64,000 nucleotides of DNA from an uncultured cyanobacterium (GTDB lineage Bacteria; Cyanobacteriota; Cyanobacteriia; CAKZMO01), in assembly GCA_963719515.1 (NCBI GenBank), contig CAVRCJ010000007.1, forward strand, positions 96,001-160,000. Reading direction: 5' to 3'. The notes beneath the pieces were generated by a model, which saw only the letters and a program-made list of their open reading frames with translations, was not told the origin of the DNA and ran no database searches. The translations under genes and the position numbers were made by a program. Shown in pieces: positions 30,896 through 41,192 of the stretch. How positions within the stretch are numbered: the stretch's first letter is position 1; each line of letters starts with the position of its first letter.

Positions 30896-32404
30896 CTATG
30901 AGGGACTGTCGCCGTCGTCTTCCGAATCCGCCTCCTGGGTCGCATCTGTAGAAGATACTGCCTGACCAGAGACTTCTGCTGCGGAGACGTCTACTACTGT
31001 ATCTGCAGCAGCTCCGGCCTCTGTCGCGGGGGGCTCACTAGAGGCTTCACCCACTTCACCCGCCTCGCCCTCAGCCTCAGACAGCGTTCCCTCGGCAACC
31101 AGCTCAACGGTGTTGTGCTCTGCCAGCCAATCCAAGACCTTTTCCTGCGTCAGGTCGTCTTCAAGCACCTGACGGACGCGATCGCGGTCGACGCTGGAGT
31201 CGTCGTAGCGAGCGATAAACTCATCGATCTTCTTTTCCAGTTCCTCTGGCTCAACGCTGAGCGACTCCTGCTTGGCAACTTCGCCGATGGCTAGGGTTTG
31301 CTTTAGCCGGATGATGGCATCTGGGCGCGATCGCTCTCGCATTCCCTCCACCAGCTCTTGGGTCAGTAGCTGCTTGATGTCTAGCCCCTGCTGCTCTAGC
31401 CGCATCGCGGTTTGGGTCACCATATAGTCCACCTCTCGTTGGACTAGCGTTTCGGGCAGGTCAACTTCAATCTGGTTAAGCAGCTCCTGGGAGATAGCCT
31501 CATGGGTATTGGTCTTAGTCTTCTGCTCTGCCTCTTCCCGGTAGCGCGTCTCTAACGACTCTGTGAGTTCTGCCAAGGTCTCGAACTCGCTGACGTCTTG
31601 GGCAAAATCGTCGTCTAATTCGGGCAGCTCCCGCTCTTTAATTTCCTTGAGGATGATGTCGAAGATGGCTGCCTTACCGGCTACATCCTCTTGGGGGTAG
31701 GACTCTGGGAAGGCCGCATCGACGGACTTAGACTCTTCCGGCGTCATGCCGACAACGCCTTCAATGAACCCTTCGATAAAGCGGCCCTCTTCCAGGTCAA
31801 TTTGGAAATCCGTAGCGCTACCGCCGGGAATAGCGACGGTTTCCCCGTTCTCATCGGGTTCAGCCAGCCGACCTTCAAAATCCACCAGAACCACGTCCCC
31901 CATCTGCGCAGGGCGATCGTCAACAGGAACGAGGGTCGCTGTCTTTTGCTGATACTCTTTCAGCACATCCTCGACCTTTTGGGGATCGTAGGCGATCTCC
32001 TCAGCCTGCACCGTCAAACCCTGATACTGCTTGATTTCGACGGCGGGCGGGACGTCTACTGCTGCCGAGAAGGTCAGCGCTGCCCCGGGCTGAAACGTCC
32101 CGATTAGCTCTTCAAAAGAAGAGCGCAGCTCAAACTTGCCGATGGCGTCGATAGACTCCTGTTCGAGCGCTTTTTTGAGGCTGTCTTCAATCAGCTCTTC
32201 GAGCACCGCTGCCTTGATGCGGGCTGGGCCTATCCGCTGAATCAGGATTTGCCTGGGAACTTTACCCTTGCGAAATCCAGGGATGTTCATGTTCCGCGTG
32301 AATTCTTTCAGCGTCTTCTCATAGGCCTTGGTCGACATCTCGGGAGAGATTTCGATGTCGAGACGGACCTGACTTGCAGGCAGCTTCTCCTGGATAACCT
32401 TCAT
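30896..32404 (-). CDS. tig: Trigger factor
   Basis: IPGFRKGKVP signature, FKBP domain; tig-clpP-clpX gene order. Confidence 0.96.
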   Translation of the reverse strand: MKVIQEKLPASQVRLDIEISPEMSTKAYEKTLKEFTRNMNIPGFRKGKVPRQILIQRIGPARIKAAVLEELIEDSLKKALEQESIDAIGKFELRSSFEELIGTFQPGAALTFSAAVDVPPAVEIKQYQGLTVQAEEIAYDPQKVEDVLKEYQQKTATLVPVDDRPAQMGDVVLVDFEGRLAEPDENGETVAIPGGSATDFQIDLEEGRFIEGFIEGVVGMTPEESKSVDAAFPESYPQEDVAGKAAIFDIILKEIKERELPELDDDFAQDVSEFETLAELTESLETRYREEAEQKTKTNTHEAISQELLNQIEVDLPETLVQREVDYMVTQTAMRLEQQGLDIKQLLTQELVEGMRERSRPDAIIRLKQTLAIGEVAKQESLSVEPEELEKKIDEFIARYDDSSVDRDRVRQVLEDDLTQEKVLDWLAEHNTVELVAEGTLSEAEGEAGEVGEASSEPPATEAGAAADTVVDVSAAEVSGQAVSSTDATQEADSEDDGDSPS

Positions 32405-32693
32405 CGGCGTTACTCTAAACGGCTTAAATATCGGCGGAACTCACTCAGACTGACGGAAAAATCAGCTGCGAAAACCCAGTTGTCAAAACAAGGGACGTAA
32501 AAGACTGCCGCTGCGCAGCTAGCGCAGCCGCAGTTAGCTATACTAGCTTATCTGATGCAATGCTGTGATGAGCATTACGAACTCGTGACAGAGGAGACCG
32601 GAGCCGCTTGCTCGCTATAGCGCGCGCTACGACGGTGTAGGATACTCGTCATGAGCCGTCAGTAAAGACGTCGTGACTGGAGGTCATAATCCT

Positions 32694-33731
32694 ATGTCTA
32701 ACTCCTATCGAATTGCTGTTTTGGGGGCAACGGGCGCTGTCGGTACCGAACTCCTCACTCTGCTCGAGGAACGCAACTTTCCGGTATCTGAGCTAGTGCT
32801 GCTCGCCTCCCCGCGATCGGCGGGACGAACCCTCACCTTCAAGGGCCAGTCCGTTCCCGTTCAAGCTGTGAGCGATCGCGCCTTTAAAGGTATCGACATT
32901 GTGCTGGCTTCGGCGGGCGGCTCCATCTCGAAGGAGTGGGCACCCAAGGCTGCTAAGGCGGGCGCGGTGGTAGTCGATAACTCCAGCGCCTTTCGCATGG
33001 ACCCGGCTGTCCCTTTGGTCATTCCCGAAATCAATCCCGACGCGGCCAGAGACCACCAAGGCATTATCGCCAACCCCAACTGCACCACGATTTTGATGGC
33101 GATCGCGGTGTGGCCCCTGCATCAGGTACGCCCCGTGCGTCGTATATTGGCGGCGACCTATCAGTCGGCCAGCGGCGCTGGCGCGCGCGCGATGGAAGAA
33201 GTCAAGCAGCAGGCTACGGCCATTTTGAAGGGGCAAAAGCCTAAAACCGAAATTTTCCCCTACCCCCTAGCGTTTAACCTATTTCCCCACAACTCCCCCC
33301 TCGACGAGCAGGGCTATTGCCAAGAGGAAATGAAGATGGTGAACGAGACGCGTAAAATCTTTGCCCAACCTGACCTCCGGGTCAAAGCCACCTGCATCCG
33401 CGTTCCTGTCCTCAGGGCTCACTCGGAGTCCTTGACGCTGGAGTTCGATCAGCCGTTTAGCCCGGACGAGGCCCGAGACCTGCTGGCACAAGCGCCCGGC
33501 GTCACCCTTGTAGAAGACTGGCAGGCCAACTACTTTCCCATGCCTACTGATGCCAGCGGACAGGACGACGTGCTGGTGGGCCGCATTCGCGCTGACATCT
33601 CTCACCCCAACGGGCTAGAGCTATGGCTGTGCGGCGACCAGATCCGCAAAGGGGCGGCGCTCAACGCCGTGCAGATTGCAGAGCTGCTGGTGGCGCGACG
33701 CTGGCTGCCGACTGCCGTAGCGGCAAACTAA
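32694..33731 (+). CDS. asd: Aspartate-semialdehyde dehydrogenase
   Basis: [38 protein letters not shown]. Confidence 0.97.
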   Translation: MSNSYRIAVLGATGAVGTELLTLLEERNFPVSELVLLASPRSAGRTLTFKGQSVPVQAVSDRAFKGIDIVLASAGGSISKEWAPKAAKAGAVVVDNSSAFRMDPAVPLVIPEINPDAARDHQGIIANPNCTTILMAIAVWPLHQVRPVRRILAATYQSASGAGARAMEEVKQQATAILKGQKPKTEIFPYPLAFNLFPHNSPLDEQGYCQEEMKMVNETRKIFAQPDLRVKATCIRVPVLRAHSESLTLEFDQPFSPDEARDLLAQAPGVTLVEDWQANYFPMPTDASGQDDVLVGRIRADISHPNGLELWLCGDQIRKGAALNAVQIAELLVARRWLPTAVAAN

Positions 33732-33762
33732 TCCAGGCCATGCCGCACAAGGAGGCTGCCAT

Positions 33763-34656
33763 ATGACGAATTTTGGGCGGGTGATCACCGCTATGGTGAC
33801 ACCCTTTAGGGATGACGGCAGCGTTAACTACACGATGGCCGAGACGCTGGCAGCTCACCTTGTTGAGCGGGGCAGCGATGGGTTGGTGATTTGCGGGACG
33901 ACGGGGGAGTCCCCGGCGCTCACCTGGACTGAGGAGTTTGAGCTGTTCAAGGTAATCAAGGGCTGCGTGGGCGATCGCGCCATCGTTCTGGCAGGGACGG
34001 GGTCGAACTCAACCCAGGAGGCGATCGATGCGACTCAAAAAGCCCAGGCCTTAGGTTTAGACGGCTCGCTGCAGGTGGTGCCCTACTACAACAAGCCGCC
34101 CCAAGAAGGGCTATATCGCCACTTTTCGGCGATCGCCCAGGCCTGCCCAGAGCTGCCCATCATGCTGTACAACGTACCGGGGCGCACCGCTCAGTCTCTT
34201 TCTCCGGAGACGGTGGCCCGACTGGCACAGATTTCGAATATTGTTGCCATTAAGGAAGCCAGCGGCAGCCTGGATCAGGCGAGCCAGATTCGGGCTTTGA
34301 CCTCCAAAGACTTCTCAATATATTGCGGGGATGATTCTTTGACGCTGCCGCTGCTGTCCATTGGCGGATGCGGCGTGGTGAGCGTGGCCAGTCATTTGGT
34401 GGGCGATCGCCTGCAGCAGATGGTGGGAGCCTATCAGGCTGGACGCCCTGATGAGGCGGCGGCAATTCACCTACAGCTCTTCCCTCTATTCAAGGCGCTG
34501 TTCGCTCAAACTAACCCAATACCGGTAAAAGCGGCTCTGCGGCTCGCGGGATGGGACGTTGGCGACTGCCGCTCTCCGCTGTGTAGCGTTTCTGCTGCTG
34601 CTGCTCAAACCTTGAGCGAAGTACTTCAAGATCTGGCACTTCTTGCCGCAGAATAG
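33763..34656 (+). CDS. dapA: 4-hydroxy-tetrahydrodipicolinate synthase
   Basis: GTTGES, PYYNKP, YNVPGRT, IKEASG; AAGGAGG ribosome-binding site. Confidence 0.97.
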   Translation: MTNFGRVITAMVTPFRDDGSVNYTMAETLAAHLVERGSDGLVICGTTGESPALTWTEEFELFKVIKGCVGDRAIVLAGTGSNSTQEAIDATQKAQALGLDGSLQVVPYYNKPPQEGLYRHFSAIAQACPELPIMLYNVPGRTAQSLSPETVARLAQISNIVAIKEASGSLDQASQIRALTSKDFSIYCGDDSLTLPLLSIGGCGVVSVASHLVGDRLQQMVGAYQAGRPDEAAAIHLQLFPLFKALFAQTNPIPVKAALRLAGWDVGDCRSPLCSVSAAAAQTLSEVLQDLALLAAE

Positions 34657-35132
34657 GTAGCTTGTGCTAATAATGTTAATAGGGACAAGGAATTCCCGCT
34701 GACTCTGGACTAATGCTCGGGATACAATTTCTGAGAAGCAGTCTGTAGCTAGAGGTCTACAGCACAGATAGCGAGAGGGGATTCAGCTGCTAGGACTGGA
34801 TCGCAGCCTATAGCGTTTAACCTGGAAAAGTTCTGAGCTGCGGGCTTAGAGTGGGGCCAGTGAACGGCCTCCAGAACAGCCAGCGCCAGACCCAACGATG
34901 AGGTTTTGGCATTAAAACCTGTCAGTAGCAAAGTTTCTGACAACTGAATATCTAAAGCAGGTCGCTACCCTACCGTATCGGCTGTCGGTCTAACGCACAA
35001 GCTCGGTCACTATACCGATGGCTTGACTAGCGAATTCTTGGACAGCTGATTCTAATAGCAAAACCGAATCCGATGAGGTTTTGCACCAGAAACGATTTGA
35101 CGTACGTACAATTGATGTATTAAAGGACACAC

Positions 35133-36839
35133 ATGATTCGAAATGGCTCATCAAAAGCTCTAAAAGTTATTCCCCTAGGGGGACTTCACGAAATTGGAAA
35201 GAATACCTGCGTATTCGAATACAATGACGAAATTATTTTGCTAGACGCTGGTCTAGCCTTTCCGACCGACGGCATGCACGGCGTCAACATTGTGCTGCCA
35301 GACGTCTCTTATCTACGGGAGAACCGCCACAAAATCAAGGGGATGATCGTCACCCACGGTCATGAAGACCACATCGGCGGGATTGCCTTTCACCTTAAGC
35401 AGTTTGATATTCCCGTAATCTATGGGCCACGCCTGGCGATGGCTTTACTACAAGGGAAGCTTCAAGAAGCAGGCGTAGCCGATCGCACAGAGCTACGGAC
35501 GGTACGTCCCCGGGACATGGTGCGCTTGGGCAGTTCGTTCATCGTGGAGTACATTCGCAATACTCACTCCATTGCCGATAGCTTTACGGTTGCTATCCAT
35601 ACTCCTATCGGTGTGGTAATTCACTCCGGCGACTTCAAAGTAGACCACACGCCCGTCGACGGTGAGTACTTCGACTTTCAGAAGCTGGCGGAGTACGGCG
35701 AGAAGGGCGTGCTCTGTCTGCTGAGCGATTCTACCAACGCCGAGATTCCGGGCTCTACGCCCTCTGAGCGCTCGGTTTACCCCAACCTAGATCGGGTATT
35801 TGGTAAAGCCGAAGGGCGGCTGCTGGTGACGACTTTTGCCTCTTCTGTCCACCGCGTCAACATGATTTTGGATCTGGCCGGGAGACACGATCGCAAGGTC
35901 GCTGTAGTCGGACGCTCCATGCTGAACGTGATTGCTCACGCCCGCGAGCTGGGCTATATCAAGTGCGAGGACAAGCTATTTGTGCCGCTGAAGCAGGCTA
36001 GATCTTTGCCGGACGACAAGCTGCTAATTTTAACAACGGGCTCTCAAGGGGAGCCGATGGCGGCACTCACCCGCATCGCTCGCAAGGAGCACCGGCAGCT
36101 TAAAATCCAGCAGGGGGATACGGTGGTCTTTTCCGCTAACCCCATCCCAGGCAACACCATTGCCGTGGTTAACACCATCGACCAGCTGATGATGCAGGGC
36201 GCTAAAGTGGTGTACGGCCGCAACGAAGGCCTGCATGTCTCCGGGCATGGCGCTCAAGAGGATCATAAGCTGATGCTGGCGCTGACGCGGCCCAAGTTCT
36301 TCGTTCCCGTCCACGGCGAGCATCGAATGCTGATTAAGCACTCCCAGACGGCTCAGAGTATGGGCATTCCTGAGGAGAATATGGTCATCATCGACAACGG
36401 CGATGTGGTAGAGCTGACGGAGAACTCGATTCGAGTCGCCGATAAGGTTTCTTCGGGTATCGAGCTGATGGATGCAGCCCGCAACGGCGTTGTTCAGGCC
36501 CAAACTCTCCGCGATCGCCAGCATTTGGCTGAAGAAGGACTGATTACCATTGCGGTCACGGTGGACAGAGGCCGGTTAGTAACCCAGCCTGAAATTAATC
36601 TACGGGGCGTGGTGACTTCAATTTCGAAAGAGCGCATGATCAAGCTCGCAACTCAGACCATTGAGTCGAGCTTGTCAAACGCCAGCCGCCGTAATGCTCA
36701 GGACGACTGGGCTAGGCTTCAGTCCACTCTGGAGCTAGAGCTGCGGCGCTCGTTCCGGCGTGAGCTACGCAGCAATCCCTTCCTGGTGCTGCTTCTGCAG
36801 TCTCTAGAGACGTCTAAACAGGCTGTTGCTGCCTCTTAG
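35133..36839 (+). CDS. rnj: Ribonuclease J
   Basis: PLGGLHEIGKN, THGHEDHIG, HSGDFK, HVSGH, PVHGE. Confidence 0.96.
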   Translation: MIRNGSSKALKVIPLGGLHEIGKNTCVFEYNDEIILLDAGLAFPTDGMHGVNIVLPDVSYLRENRHKIKGMIVTHGHEDHIGGIAFHLKQFDIPVIYGPRLAMALLQGKLQEAGVADRTELRTVRPRDMVRLGSSFIVEYIRNTHSIADSFTVAIHTPIGVVIHSGDFKVDHTPVDGEYFDFQKLAEYGEKGVLCLLSDSTNAEIPGSTPSERSVYPNLDRVFGKAEGRLLVTTFASSVHRVNMILDLAGRHDRKVAVVGRSMLNVIAHARELGYIKCEDKLFVPLKQARSLPDDKLLILTTGSQGEPMAALTRIARKEHRQLKIQQGDTVVFSANPIPGNTIAVVNTIDQLMMQGAKVVYGRNEGLHVSGHGAQEDHKLMLALTRPKFFVPVHGEHRMLIKHSQTAQSMGIPEENMVIIDNGDVVELTENSIRVADKVSSGIELMDAARNGVVQAQTLRDRQHLAEEGLITIAVTVDRGRLVTQPEINLRGVVTSISKERMIKLATQTIESSLSNASRRNAQDDWARLQSTLELELRRSFRRELRSNPFLVLLLQSLETSKQAVAAS

Positions 36840-36847
36840 TGAGGGCT

Positions 36848-36880
36848 GAGCAGAGTTCATCTTGACGAAGAACTCTGCTC
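36848..36880. terminator. Hairpin after rnj
   Basis: GAGCAGAGTTC pairs with GAACTCTGCTC (11-bp perfect stem). Confidence 0.6.
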
Positions 36881-36898
36881 GAAATTGTTTTGATTCTC

Positions 36899-36946
36899 TA
36901 ACTCAAACCCCCCACTGCCGAATAGGGCAGTGGGGGGTTTGAGTTA
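36899..36946. terminator. 21-bp perfect hairpin between convergent rnj and rpaA (probably bidirectional terminator)
   Basis: TAACTCAAACCCCCCACTGCC, loop GAATAG, GGCAGTGGGGGGTTTGAGTTA. Confidence 0.75.
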
Positions 36947-36985
36947 AAGGCCTGAACTCGAAGACCGATCAGCCAGTAGTTCTTT

Positions 36986-37729
36986 TTACTGAGAGACGTT
37001 TGACTCTATCTCTTCAGGGGCTTCTTTACTGCTGGGCAGCTCGAGGCAGTAGCCCGCACCGTATACCGTTTTAATGTAGCTGGGATGGCGCGGATCTGGC
37101 TCTAACTTGGTGCGCAGGTGTCGCACATGGACTCGGATCGTTTCGATGTCGTCGCTGGGGTCGTAGCCCCAGACTTCCTTCAAGATTTCTCCTGGAGAAA
37201 CGGTCTGTCCATGACGCTGCAGCAGACAGTGGATTAACTCAAACTCTAGGTGAGTGAGCTTGACGGTTTTGTCGAACCAGATAGCCTCTAGCCGTTCTGG
37301 AATCAGCGTTAGAGGGCCGTAGTTTAGAATCTCTGAACTCTTGGCGGCTTGGGGAATGCGATCGGTGCGCCGCAGCAGCGCCCGGACGCGGGCCAGCATT
37401 TCTTCGATTTCAAATGGCTTGGTGAGGTAGTCGTCTGCCCCAGCGTTGAATCCGTCTACCTTGTCTTTAAGCTGGCCTAAGGCCGTGAGCATAAGAATTG
37501 GAATATCTGCTGTGCGGCTGTCGCGGCGCAGCCGCTGACAAACGGTAAAACCGTCTACCTTAGGCAACATGAGGTCAAGCATGATGAGATCGGGGATGAT
37601 CTGAAGCGCCAGAGCCTGCCCTTTAATTCCATCTATCGCCTGATTCACGTCGTAACCAGCCATCTCTAAATTTACGGCGACAAGCTCCGATATAGCAGAG
37701 TCGTCATCAATGACAAGAATACGCGGCAT
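36986..37729 (-). CDS. rpaA: Response regulator RpaA (circadian output, OmpR family)
   Basis: [28 protein letters not shown]...DGIKGQALA...TDRIPQAAK...KLEPDPRHP is characteristic of RpaA. Confidence 0.93.
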   Translation of the reverse strand: MPRILVIDDDSAISELVAVNLEMAGYDVNQAIDGIKGQALALQIIPDLIMLDLMLPKVDGFTVCQRLRRDSRTADIPILMLTALGQLKDKVDGFNAGADDYLTKPFEIEEMLARVRALLRRTDRIPQAAKSSEILNYGPLTLIPERLEAIWFDKTVKLTHLEFELIHCLLQRHGQTVSPGEILKEVWGYDPSDDIETIRVHVRHLRTKLEPDPRHPSYIKTVYGAGYCLELPSSKEAPEEIESNVSQ

Positions 37730-37771
37730 ATCTTATGCAGGGGAAATAACAGCTTAATATTAATATGGAAA

Positions 37772-37830
37772 AATTTAACGAATCGTAAAATTGAGAAAAA
37801 TTACTCAACACATTGGGTACGTATATTATA
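37772..37830 (-). promoter_or_regulatory. Putative rpaA promoter: -10 TATAAT plus a downstream HLR1-like direct repeat
   Basis: Minus-strand TATAAT at 37830-37825. TTTACGAT-tc-GTTAAATT at 37789-37772 has one mismatch per half-site to KTTACAWW. Confidence 0.4.
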
Positions 37831-38056
37831 AGCCGGGACGTTACCTCCTCAAACCTCGAGCGAAGGATTCTCAGCCCCGAACTAAGCTGATAACCGCATC
37901 GACGCCCTCTGTTGGACTGCAGGTTGCCTCTATCTGAGCAGATCTTCCAGGCGCTTTATTGGCGATCGCGCACTTTGGGCGGTGGAGAAGTTTCAAGATA
38001 TCTTCTGCAGACTCGATGTGCCCAGACACAATGCGTCTGGACCTAGTATGTTTAGA

Positions 38057-39136
38057 CTATGGCGCGTGCTGCAGCGGCTGAGCCTGAATCCAGTCTAGAA
38101 CTCGGTTCCAGGCCCACCAGGGGTCGGGGTCACCGCAGCGCTGCTGCCCGCTATGGCTGTTGACGTAGCCCACGTGGCCGCCGTGTTCCGTCAGCAGCAG
38201 CTCGATAGCAGCGCTTGCGCTGGCCTTCGCTTTGAGGTCAGGGACGAGCGTGGGGTCAAACAGCGGGTCGTCAGCAGCGTAGATAATGAGCGCTGGCTTT
38301 GTTAGGGTTTCTAGAAAATAGAGAGGGCTTGTGGCTTCGTAGTAGGCTTCGGTTGTCGGGAATCCGAGCTTAGGAATGACGATGTGCTGGTCAAACTGAC
38401 GAATGCTCATCGCCTTGGCGATCGCCTCCGGGCTAACCTGACTAGGGTAAAGTTCATGCAGTCGCCAGGCCAGCTTTTGCAGCGTGCGGGCGATCGCCTG
38501 CTCAAGGTACCGTCCCAAAAAGGCTTGCTCCAGGTATCGCAACGAGCGGTCCGACTCTAGGCTGGGGCAAATCACCGCCGCCCCACCAATATCACTGTCG
38601 GCAATGCCGTAGTTCCTTTGTAGGTCTGGCTCTTGCGCCGTTTTGAGGCCCCAAAGCGCTAGCTGCCCTCCCAAAGAAAAGCCCGTAAACCATACCGGAG
38701 CCGCGCAGCCTAACTTACGGGCTTGGGCCGCAATGTGAACAAAGTCTGGCCCCTCGTAAATGCCGTCAGAGGTAAGCGCAGGAGACAGTTCTGCGGTTTT
38801 GCCGTGGGCCCGCCAGTCGAACAGCACGACGTCATAGCCTGCTGCAAATGCTTTACGCCCCATCAGCCGCAGAAACCACTGGTTGTCCAAATCTCCCGTA
38901 ATGCCATAGGTGCCGACCACCGTACCGCGCCTTTGACGTTCTGGGGGCTGCTGTGCCACCAGACCCCACAGCGGCACTTGGTCAGCGCCATAGAACGTCG
39001 TTGGCTTGTAGGGGGGTGAGGGCGGTGCGCCATTTTGCCAGTTTTTGCTTGCCCCTAGCGCAGCGTACAGCGTCATGGCCACCCCGTTGCGCAGCATTGG
39101 GCTCGGCCTAAAGGAGGTGGGGTCAGAGGGCATCAT
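38057..39136 (-). CDS. YheT-family alpha/beta hydrolase
   Basis: FDWRAHG, GFSLGG, DDP, GGHVGY. The ATG at 39136 overlaps the end of the SRPBCC gene. Confidence 0.85.
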   Translation of the reverse strand: MMPSDPTSFRPSPMLRNGVAMTLYAALGASKNWQNGAPPSPPYKPTTFYGADQVPLWGLVAQQPPERQRRGTVVGTYGITGDLDNQWFLRLMGRKAFAAGYDVVLFDWRAHGKTAELSPALTSDGIYEGPDFVHIAAQARKLGCAAPVWFTGFSLGGQLALWGLKTAQEPDLQRNYGIADSDIGGAAVICPSLESDRSLRYLEQAFLGRYLEQAIARTLQKLAWRLHELYPSQVSPEAIAKAMSIRQFDQHIVIPKLGFPTTEAYYEATSPLYFLETLTKPALIIYAADDPLFDPTLVPDLKAKASASAAIELLLTEHGGHVGYVNSHSGQQRCGDPDPWWAWNRVLDWIQAQPLQHAP

Positions 39137-39569
39137 GCTGGCCAACGGCATAGTCCCGAAAGCGAGCCATGTCGGCTTGGAGCGTGGACTCGACAATGCG
39201 CCCTAAAAACAGATTGTCCATCACTTTCCCCAGGATACCGGGGATGGCGTAGGCGACCGTTAGTTTGACCACCGTATGGCCTCGGCGATCGTAAAACCGG
39301 ATCGCGCCGCGATTGGGCAGCCCGTTCACCGACTCCCACCGAATAATCTGGTGCTCTCTAATTTCAAGAATTCGAGAGAGCCACTTGAACTCTAAGCCGC
39401 CGGTGGCAAGCTTCCACTCCGATAGCTCGGGGTCGGCTTCTAGAACGGTGACGGAGTCGATCCACTTCATCCAGTTGGGCATTTGCTCCAGGTCAGACCA
39501 CAGCCCCCAAGCCGTTTCAATGGGAACGTCGACGTCAACCTGTACGCTGTGTTCGAGCCAGTCGGCCAT
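39123..39569 (-). CDS. SRPBCC (START-like/cyclase) family protein
   Basis: MADWLEHSVQV...WSDLEQMPNWMKWI...GLPNRGAIRFYDR; downstream of zds. Confidence 0.88.
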   Translation of the reverse strand: MADWLEHSVQVDVDVPIETAWGLWSDLEQMPNWMKWIDSVTVLEADPELSEWKLATGGLEFKWLSRILEIREHQIIRWESVNGLPNRGAIRFYDRRGHTVVKLTVAYAIPGILGKVMDNLFLGRIVESTLQADMARFRDYAVGQHDAL

Positions 39570-39668
39570 GGTGGGTAAGGGGGGCTGGTGGGTCAAGTGA
39601 ACATCACTTTGCAAGGTCTGCTGCCCGGCAGCGAGAGCCAGCGGGGAGCTAGTAATGATAGCTTCGGG

Positions 39669-41129
39669 CTATACCGGTTGGGCTACCGCAGGCTGATCCG
39701 CCATTTCCAGCACCGCTCTCGCCGCCTGCCGTCCCGATAGGGTAGCCCCTTCCATGCTGTCGATGTAGTCCTGCGCCGTGTAGCTGCCCGCCAAGAAAAA
39801 GTTGGACACCGGCGTAGCCTGAGTCGGGCGGTAGGGATCCATGCCCGGGGCTTCCCGGTAGAGGGACTGGGCCAGCTTGACGACGCTATACCAGGTCATG
39901 TTGAGCTGGCGGGATGAGGGGAACAGGGTATGAACCTGCTCTAACACATGGTGAGCGATCGCCTCGTTGGGCTGCTTGATGAACGGGTCGCCGGGGGTGA
40001 GCACCAGCTGCAGCAGAGAGCCCTGGCCCTCGCGGTAGTAGTCGCTGGGGCTCGTGAGGGCGAGATCCGCAAAGCAGGAGAAATCGGCGTCGGGGGTGTA
40101 GAGCAGGTTGTCGATGCCGGCGGCCTGGTCGATTTGGGTCATGGCCTCGGAGTCCTGCAGCTCGGTGACCCAGCCGTCAAACCGCAGCTGCACCGTAGCG
40201 ACCGGAACGGCGCTCAGCTTATAGATGTTGTCGAACAACGCCCACTGCCGCCACTCGGGCGGGATGAGGCGCTTAACGCCGGGAACGTCGCAGGCGCAGA
40301 CGTAGGCGTCGGCTTTCACGGTGGTCTCTCCTTCCCCGTCGCTCACCAGTAGTCCCTTAACCCGCGTGTTCTCACCGTCTGAGTCAAACAAAACTTGCCG
40401 AATGCCCCGCCGGGTGTGAATCTTGACGCCGCGCGCCTCTAAATAGTCCAAAATGGGCTGGACTAAGAATCCCTGAGGGGAGCCCTCCAGCATCCGCAGC
40501 ACGGAGGCCTCGGTGCGGGCCGCGAACAGCTGAAAGATCGTCAGCATGCAGCGGGCCGAGATTTCCTCGGTGTCGATGAAGCCCAGGGCATAGGCGATGG
40601 GGTTCCACATGCGCTTCAGGCTGCCGTTGGACCCGCCGTGGCGGCGAAACCAGTCGGCAAAGCTGACGCGGTCTAGCTCGCGGATAGTCTCCATCGCGCC
40701 GTCAAAGTCCACCAGACCGCGCACGATGGGGCTCGTGCCGAGGGCGATCGCGTTTTGGGCTTTATCCTGAACAGAAAGCTGAGAGGTGGTGAAAAAGGCC
40801 TTGAGGCCGTTGAAGGGAGCCCCGGTGAGAAAGCGGAAGTCTAGCGCGCCGGTCTTTCCTCCCTCATTAATAAAGGTGTGGATATGCTCCTTGAGCCGCA
40901 AATTGTCCCCTGCTCCCACCTTTTCCATCAGGGCAAACAGGTTGTAGTAGCAGCCAAAGAACACATGTAGCCCCATCTCGATGTGGTTGCCGTCGGGGTC
41001 GACCCAGCTGCCGACTTTGCCCCCCACAAAAGGGCGCGATTCAAAAATTTCAACGGCGTGACCCGCATCCGCTAGCTCGACGGCTGTGGATAATCCCGCT
41101 AGCCCTGCACCGATGATCGCAACTCGCAT
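39669..41129 (-). CDS. zds: 9,9'-di-cis-zeta-carotene desaturase (CrtQ/Zds)
   Basis: [39 protein letters not shown]. Confidence 0.95.
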   Translation of the reverse strand: MRVAIIGAGLAGLSTAVELADAGHAVEIFESRPFVGGKVGSWVDPDGNHIEMGLHVFFGCYYNLFALMEKVGAGDNLRLKEHIHTFINEGGKTGALDFRFLTGAPFNGLKAFFTTSQLSVQDKAQNAIALGTSPIVRGLVDFDGAMETIRELDRVSFADWFRRHGGSNGSLKRMWNPIAYALGFIDTEEISARCMLTIFQLFAARTEASVLRMLEGSPQGFLVQPILDYLEARGVKIHTRRGIRQVLFDSDGENTRVKGLLVSDGEGETTVKADAYVCACDVPGVKRLIPPEWRQWALFDNIYKLSAVPVATVQLRFDGWVTELQDSEAMTQIDQAAGIDNLLYTPDADFSCFADLALTSPSDYYREGQGSLLQLVLTPGDPFIKQPNEAIAHHVLEQVHTLFPSSRQLNMTWYSVVKLAQSLYREAPGMDPYRPTQATPVSNFFLAGSYTAQDYIDSMEGATLSGRQAARAVLEMADQPAVAQPV

Positions 41130-41192
41130 TCTGTCTTAACCTTAGCTATCTCTTGTTAATTATTCTAAACCGATGCCCCAGTCTTGTCCGCG

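Noticed and set aside
36899..36946. Hairpin as an IS200/IS605 end
   Set aside because: No transposase or tnpB is nearby, and its position between convergent genes fits a terminator.
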